The position numbers and the translations under genes are program-made. A stretch of DNA of 64,000 nt from the NCBI GenBank assembly GCA_014905635.1, contig CM026547.1, positions 2,294,001-2,358,000 on the forward strand, written 5' to 3'. How positions within the stretch are numbered: position 1 is the first letter of the stretch; every line of letters begins with the position of its first letter. The notes under the pieces are model-generated. The model was not told the origin of the DNA. It searched no databases and was given only the letters and a program-made list of their open reading frames with translations. Positions 59,394 to 64,000 of this stretch are shown one piece after another. The stretch comes from Scenedesmus sp. PABB004. Its lineage: Eukaryota.

Positions 59394-62300
59394 ATGGCGC
59401 TGCCGCGTCTGAGTCGCGCTGGCGCGGCGTGGCTGGCCGGCGCGGCCGGGCTGGGCGCGCTGGCGCCGCCCGTGGCGCTGGCCGACAAGAAGGAGGACTC
59501 CTACTTCGACCCGGACGCCCTGGAGCGCGGCGCCAAGGCGCTGCGTGAGATCAACAAGAGCCCCTTCGGCAAGCAGGCGCTGGAGCTGTCGCGGCAGCAG
59601 GAGGTGACCAAGCAGACAGAGGCCAAGGCAAAGGAGGCCGAGTTCAAGGCCCAGGCGGCGAGCTATGCCAAGGCGCGCGCCGCGATCGCGGGGCATGGCA
59701 CCCCGCCAGCTGCCAGCGCGGCGCCGGCGCCCGCGGCGGCGGCACCGCGCCGCGGCGGCCGCGCGGCAGCAGCGCGCGGCCGCGCCGGCCGCCGGCGGCG
59801 GCGGGGCGCGCGGCGGCGGCCGCCGCGCGCGCCGGCGCGGCGCGCCCGGGCGCTCGGGGGCGGGCAGCACGCGGGCGCCGCCGCATGCGTGTGCCGGCGC
59901 CGCGGCGCGGCGCGGCGTGGGGCGGCGGCGCCCGTGCCGCGCCGCCCACACGCCGCGTGTGGGCGACCCCGCGCCGCGACTGCGCACCGCGCAGGAGCAA
60001 GAGTCGGTGCGCTGGCAGGAGCAGCGCAAGACCATGCAGGAGGAGGCGCAGCGGCAGGCGCAGCTGGCGCAGTACAACGATGAGCTCGCGCGCAAGCGGC
60101 AGCAGAGCGAGCACGAGCTGCAGCGCCAGCGCAACCAGGAGCTCGTCGGCATGCAGGAGCAGGCGGCGGCGCGCAAGGAGGCGGAGCGGCTGCGGATAGA
60201 GCAGCAGATACAGGCGGAGCGCCGCGCCGCCGACCAGCACGCGGTGCGGCGCGCGCGCCGCGCGCGCCGCGCGGCCGGGGGCGCGGCGGCGCCTCCCGCG
60301 CCTGCGGTGCGAAAGGAGTTGAGCCGCGGCCGCGCCACTCCCCCCTGGCCTGTCCCGCAGGCGGAGCTGCAGAAGGACGTGGAGCGCGCGAAGAAGCTGG
60401 CCGAGGCGGAGGGCCGCATCAAGGAGAACCGGGAGAACGAGGACGTCAACCGCCGCGCCGCGATGCTCAAGTGAGGCGCCGCGGCAGCAGCGCGGGAGCG
60501 CGCGCGCGCGCGCCGGCGGCGCCGCCCCGGCGGCCGCGCGGACGCCCGCGCCGCGCCGTGCCGCGGCGCCGCCCGCCAGGTACCAGGAGGAGACGCGCAA
60601 GGCGATTGAGAGCATCAACGCCGTCATGGCCCACCTCGGCGCCGCGGCGGTCGACCTGCTGACCGACACCAACAAGCTCGCCATGCTCGTCGCGGGCGGC
60701 AGCGCGCTCGCGCTCGGCGTCTACGGCGCGCGAGAGGGCATGCGCGTCGCGGGCAAGGCCGCGGAGGCCTGGCTCGGCACGCCCAAGCTCGTGCGCGAGA
60801 CGAGCCGCCGCGCGCTGCTGGGCGGGCCGCAGAACCTGCTGCCCGCCGCCGCCAAGAAGTCGCTGGACCAGGCACGCCGCCGCCGCGGGGGCGGCGCGCG
60901 GGGCTGCCGGTTGGGCCGCCGCGCGCAGGGGGCCGGCCGGCCGGCGGCCGCGCTGCGTGCCGACCGCGCCCGTGCCGCCGCCGCCCCGCCGCCGCCCCGG
61001 CTGCGTGCGGTTCAGGTGAAGAAGGACTTCAGCGACATCATCCTCCCCGGGCAGCTGCACGACCGCGTGCGCAGCCTCGCCGCCATGGCCGCCAACACCA
61101 AGCTGCACGGCGCGCCCTACCGCCACATGCTCTTCTACGGTGACACCCGCTTGCCGCGCCGCGCCCGCGCGCCCGCCCGCCGCGCCCGCCGCGCGGCGCG
61201 GCCGTGACCCCCGCACGCGCGCCCCCGCGCCCGCGCACGCGCCCCCAGGCCCGCCCGGCACGGGCAAGACGATGGCGGCGAAGCGCCTCGCGCGCACGAG
61301 CGGCATGGACTATGCGATCCTCAGCGGCGGCGACGTCGCGCCGCTCGGCGGCGGCGCGGTGACGCAGCTGCACGCCGCGTTTGACTGGGCGGAGCGCAGC
61401 CGCAAGGGCCTGCTGCTCTTCATCGACGAGGCCGACGCCTTCCTGGGGCGCCGCAACGACGCGATGAGCGAGGGCCTGCGCGGCGCGCTCAACGCGCTGC
61501 TCTTCCGCACCGGCGACCAGTCGCGCGACTTCATGGTCGTCCTCGCGACCAACCGGCCCGGTGCGTGGGCGTGCGCAGGCCCCGCCCCGGGGTCCCGGGG
61601 ATGGGGGGGGGGGAGTGTGCGCCGCCGCGCACGCCGCACCCGCACCTGCGCACCCGCCGCCACCCCGCGCGCCGCGCCCGCGCGCCGCGCCCGTCCCGCC
61701 CAACCTCCTCCGCCCGCGCGGCGCGGCGCTTGGCCCAGGCGACCTGGACGACGCTGTCATCGACCGCATGGACGAGGCGATCCACTTTGACCTGCCCGGC
61801 CCCGAGCAGCGCGCCGCGCTGCTGGCCCTCTACCTCGACCGCTACATCGCCAAGGCCGGCACCGCCGGCGGCGACGCCGGCGCGGGCGGCGGCGGCGGCC
61901 CGCTCGCGCGCCTGTCGTCGGCGCTGCGCGGCCGCAAGGCGGCGGCGGACGCGATTGCCGTCGACCCGGGCGTCGACGGCGCGCTGCTCGCGCGCGCGGC
62001 GGCGTCGATGGAGGGCTTCAGCGGGCGCGAGATCGCCAAGTTCATGGCCAGCGTGCAGGCCGCCGTCTACGGCAGCGCCACGGCGCGGCTCACGCCGGAG
62101 ATCTTCAAGTGCGCGGCCTGCGCCGCGCGTGGGCGCGCCGCGCCGCGCGCCCTTCGCAGCGCCCGACCGCCGGCCCCGCCCCGCCCTGCGCCGCGCCGTC
62201 CCGCCCCGCCCCGCCCCGCCCCGCCGCGCCGCCGCAGCCGCGTGCTGCAGGCCAAGCTGGCCGAGCACGCCGCGCGGCGCGGCTTCCTGCTGGGCCACCA

Positions 62301-62400
62301 CGGCACCGGCGACAGCGCGCCCCGCGCCGGCGGCGCCGGCGGCGCTGGCGGCGCCGGCGGCGCCGCGCCCGCCGACGCCGGCACCGGCAAGGCGCAGTAG
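59394..62400 (+). CDS. ATAD3: Mitochondrial AAA ATPase ATAD3, 8 exons
   Basis: [16 protein letters not shown], coiled coil, [43 protein letters not shown]. Confidence 0.95.
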
Positions 62401-62714
62401 CTGGCGTGGAACGCTCCCGCGCTGTTCGTGCGAGGCGCGCATGCAAAAGCCCTCGGGGCACCCGAGTCGTCGGGGCACCCGAAGCAGCAGCAGCACACCG
62501 AGGCGCCAGACCGCGCCCCGCTCCCGCCAGGCGCCCACGTCGCCTCCTAGAACGACCGCGCGTCCGACGTAGACTCCCGCGCGCGCGCAGGCCCGGCAAA
62601 CGGCAGCCCGCAGCTCCTGCGGCAACGGCAGCGCGCCGCGGTGCCACGCGCTCGCGGCAATGCGACGACGCTCACGGTCCTAGGCGGCCGACGCTCGCTG
62701 CTGCGCGGGGCGCC

Positions 62715-64000
62715 ATGACCGTGCCTCCGCAGCAGCGCTACGGCGTGCCGGCGCTGCGGCGGCCGCGGCGGACGCTCACGCCCTCCAGCACCGTGGGCCT
62801 GGGCGCCGTGGTGCGGCTGGCTGTCTGCTGCGGCGGCCCCAGCGGCCAGGCGCTGCTGCGCGGGGCGGGCGCGGCGGCGCCCGCCGCTGCAGCGCCTGGT
62901 GCCACCACCGCCGCCACCGCCGCCGCCGCCCCTGCGCAGGCGCTGTGCGTGGGGGTGATCTTCGTGGCGGGCCACCACAGCATATCGCGCTCGTGGCACC
63001 GAATGCACTCGCCGAGCGTGGAGCAGCCGGCGGGCTGGGCGACGCTGCACCGCACTACCACGGTCGAGACGGCTACGCTGACCATCAGCAGCAGCGCCAT
63101 CACCGGCTCCGCGCTCACCGCGACCACCACCGAGACGGCCGCCAGCGCTGAGGCGGCGGCCGCGGCGGCGGCGGCCGCGGCCGTAGGCGCCGGCGGCGCG
63201 GTGGCGCGGCAGCCCGCCGGCGACGCGGCCGCGGGCGCGCCGGGGCGCAGCAGCAGCGTGCTGCACATGCTCGGCGACCTGCAGCACAGCCTGCAGGCGA
63301 TGCTGGCGGCGCGCACGGGCTGGCGGCCGGGCGACGCAATCACGCGCGCCCACCTCGCGGCCGCGGCGGCGGCGGCGATGCCGGAGGAGGGGCGCGACAT
63401 CGAGCTCACGAGCGGCAGGGTCTCGGCGGTGCTCGGCCGCAGCCGCGCGCACCAGCAGCTGCAGCGCCTCGCGGCGCAGGCGGGCGGCGGGCTGGCGGGC
63501 GCGGACAAGGGCGAGGACGCGAGCTCCGCCGAGGCGTACGCGGTGAGGCACCGGCGGGGCGGCGCGGCCCGCCGCCAGCCAGCCGCGTGCGCGCCCGGCC
63601 GCCCGGCCGACCGCGCCGCCCCGCCCCGTGCCGCGCCGCGCCGCAGGTCCTGTACGGCCGGGGCGGGGGCACCGTGGTCTTTGCGCCGCACGACGACCTC
63701 GCGACCTGCCCCGAGGGCTCGGCCGCGCCCGGCGGCGCGGCGGCGGCGGTCGTGCTGCTCGCGCGCGGCGGCGCCGCGGCGCTCAAGCGCTCGCTGGACG
63801 GGCTGATGCTGCTGTACAGCCGCGCGGAGCCGGAGGTGCGCGCCGCGCTGCACATCTACATCGGGCTCGACAGCGACGACCCCGACCTGCGCGCCACGGC
63901 GGCCGCGTACGCGCACGAGTCGATGGGCGCGGTGAAGCTCGTGCACCACGCGCGCGCCTCGGCGAAGCACCTCAGCACCAACCAGCTGCACGACGCCGCA
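62715..64000 (+). CDS. Partial type II membrane protein, divergent GT13 (GnT-I)-like glycosyltransferase; 3' end outside the window
   Basis: Removing intron 62811-62939 gives a signal anchor, followed by a T/A-rich stem. The last exon AVVLLARGGAAALKRSLDGL..LHIYIGLDSDD resembles the start of the GnT-I GT-A fold. Confidence 0.5.

Overview
Gene-dense, extremely GC-rich, intron-rich eukaryotic nuclear DNA. It is most likely a chlorophyte green alga of Sphaeropleales type; this is inferred from composition, plastid-type proteins, TGTAA signals and (GCGCG)n-filled introns. Hand-splicing gives about 23 complete protein genes, one partial gene and one novel small ORF. The genes are a thylakoid signal peptidase, GDT1, DUF2358, IMP4, TMEM161-like, ABCI, a GT4 glycosyltransferase, GET2/CAML-like, ERV1, an S28 peptidase, a USP4/15-like DUB, an OTU DUB, patatin, RCL1, a sulfatase, a large ankyrin protein, MAP1, RlmN-like, SCFD2/MIP3, RUS/DUF647, TRAPPC5, MAEA, ATAD3 and a partial GT13-like gene. 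There are also two tRNA-Pro(AGG) copies. Most of the long ORFs in the supplied track are GC-driven shadows. Highlights: (1) a coding-like 73-aa ORF ends 5 nt before the ERV1 start (candidate bicistronic locus); (2) about 13% of introns are GC-AG, including all three in one gene; (3) the left end is rearranged, with a ~745-bp direct repeat carrying the tRNA and an inverted 439-bp fragment of the GT4 gene; (4) one intron is bounded by an 18-nt direct repeat; (5) four genes carry same-direction -1 frame breaks. All product calls come from motif recognition by eye; no searches were run.
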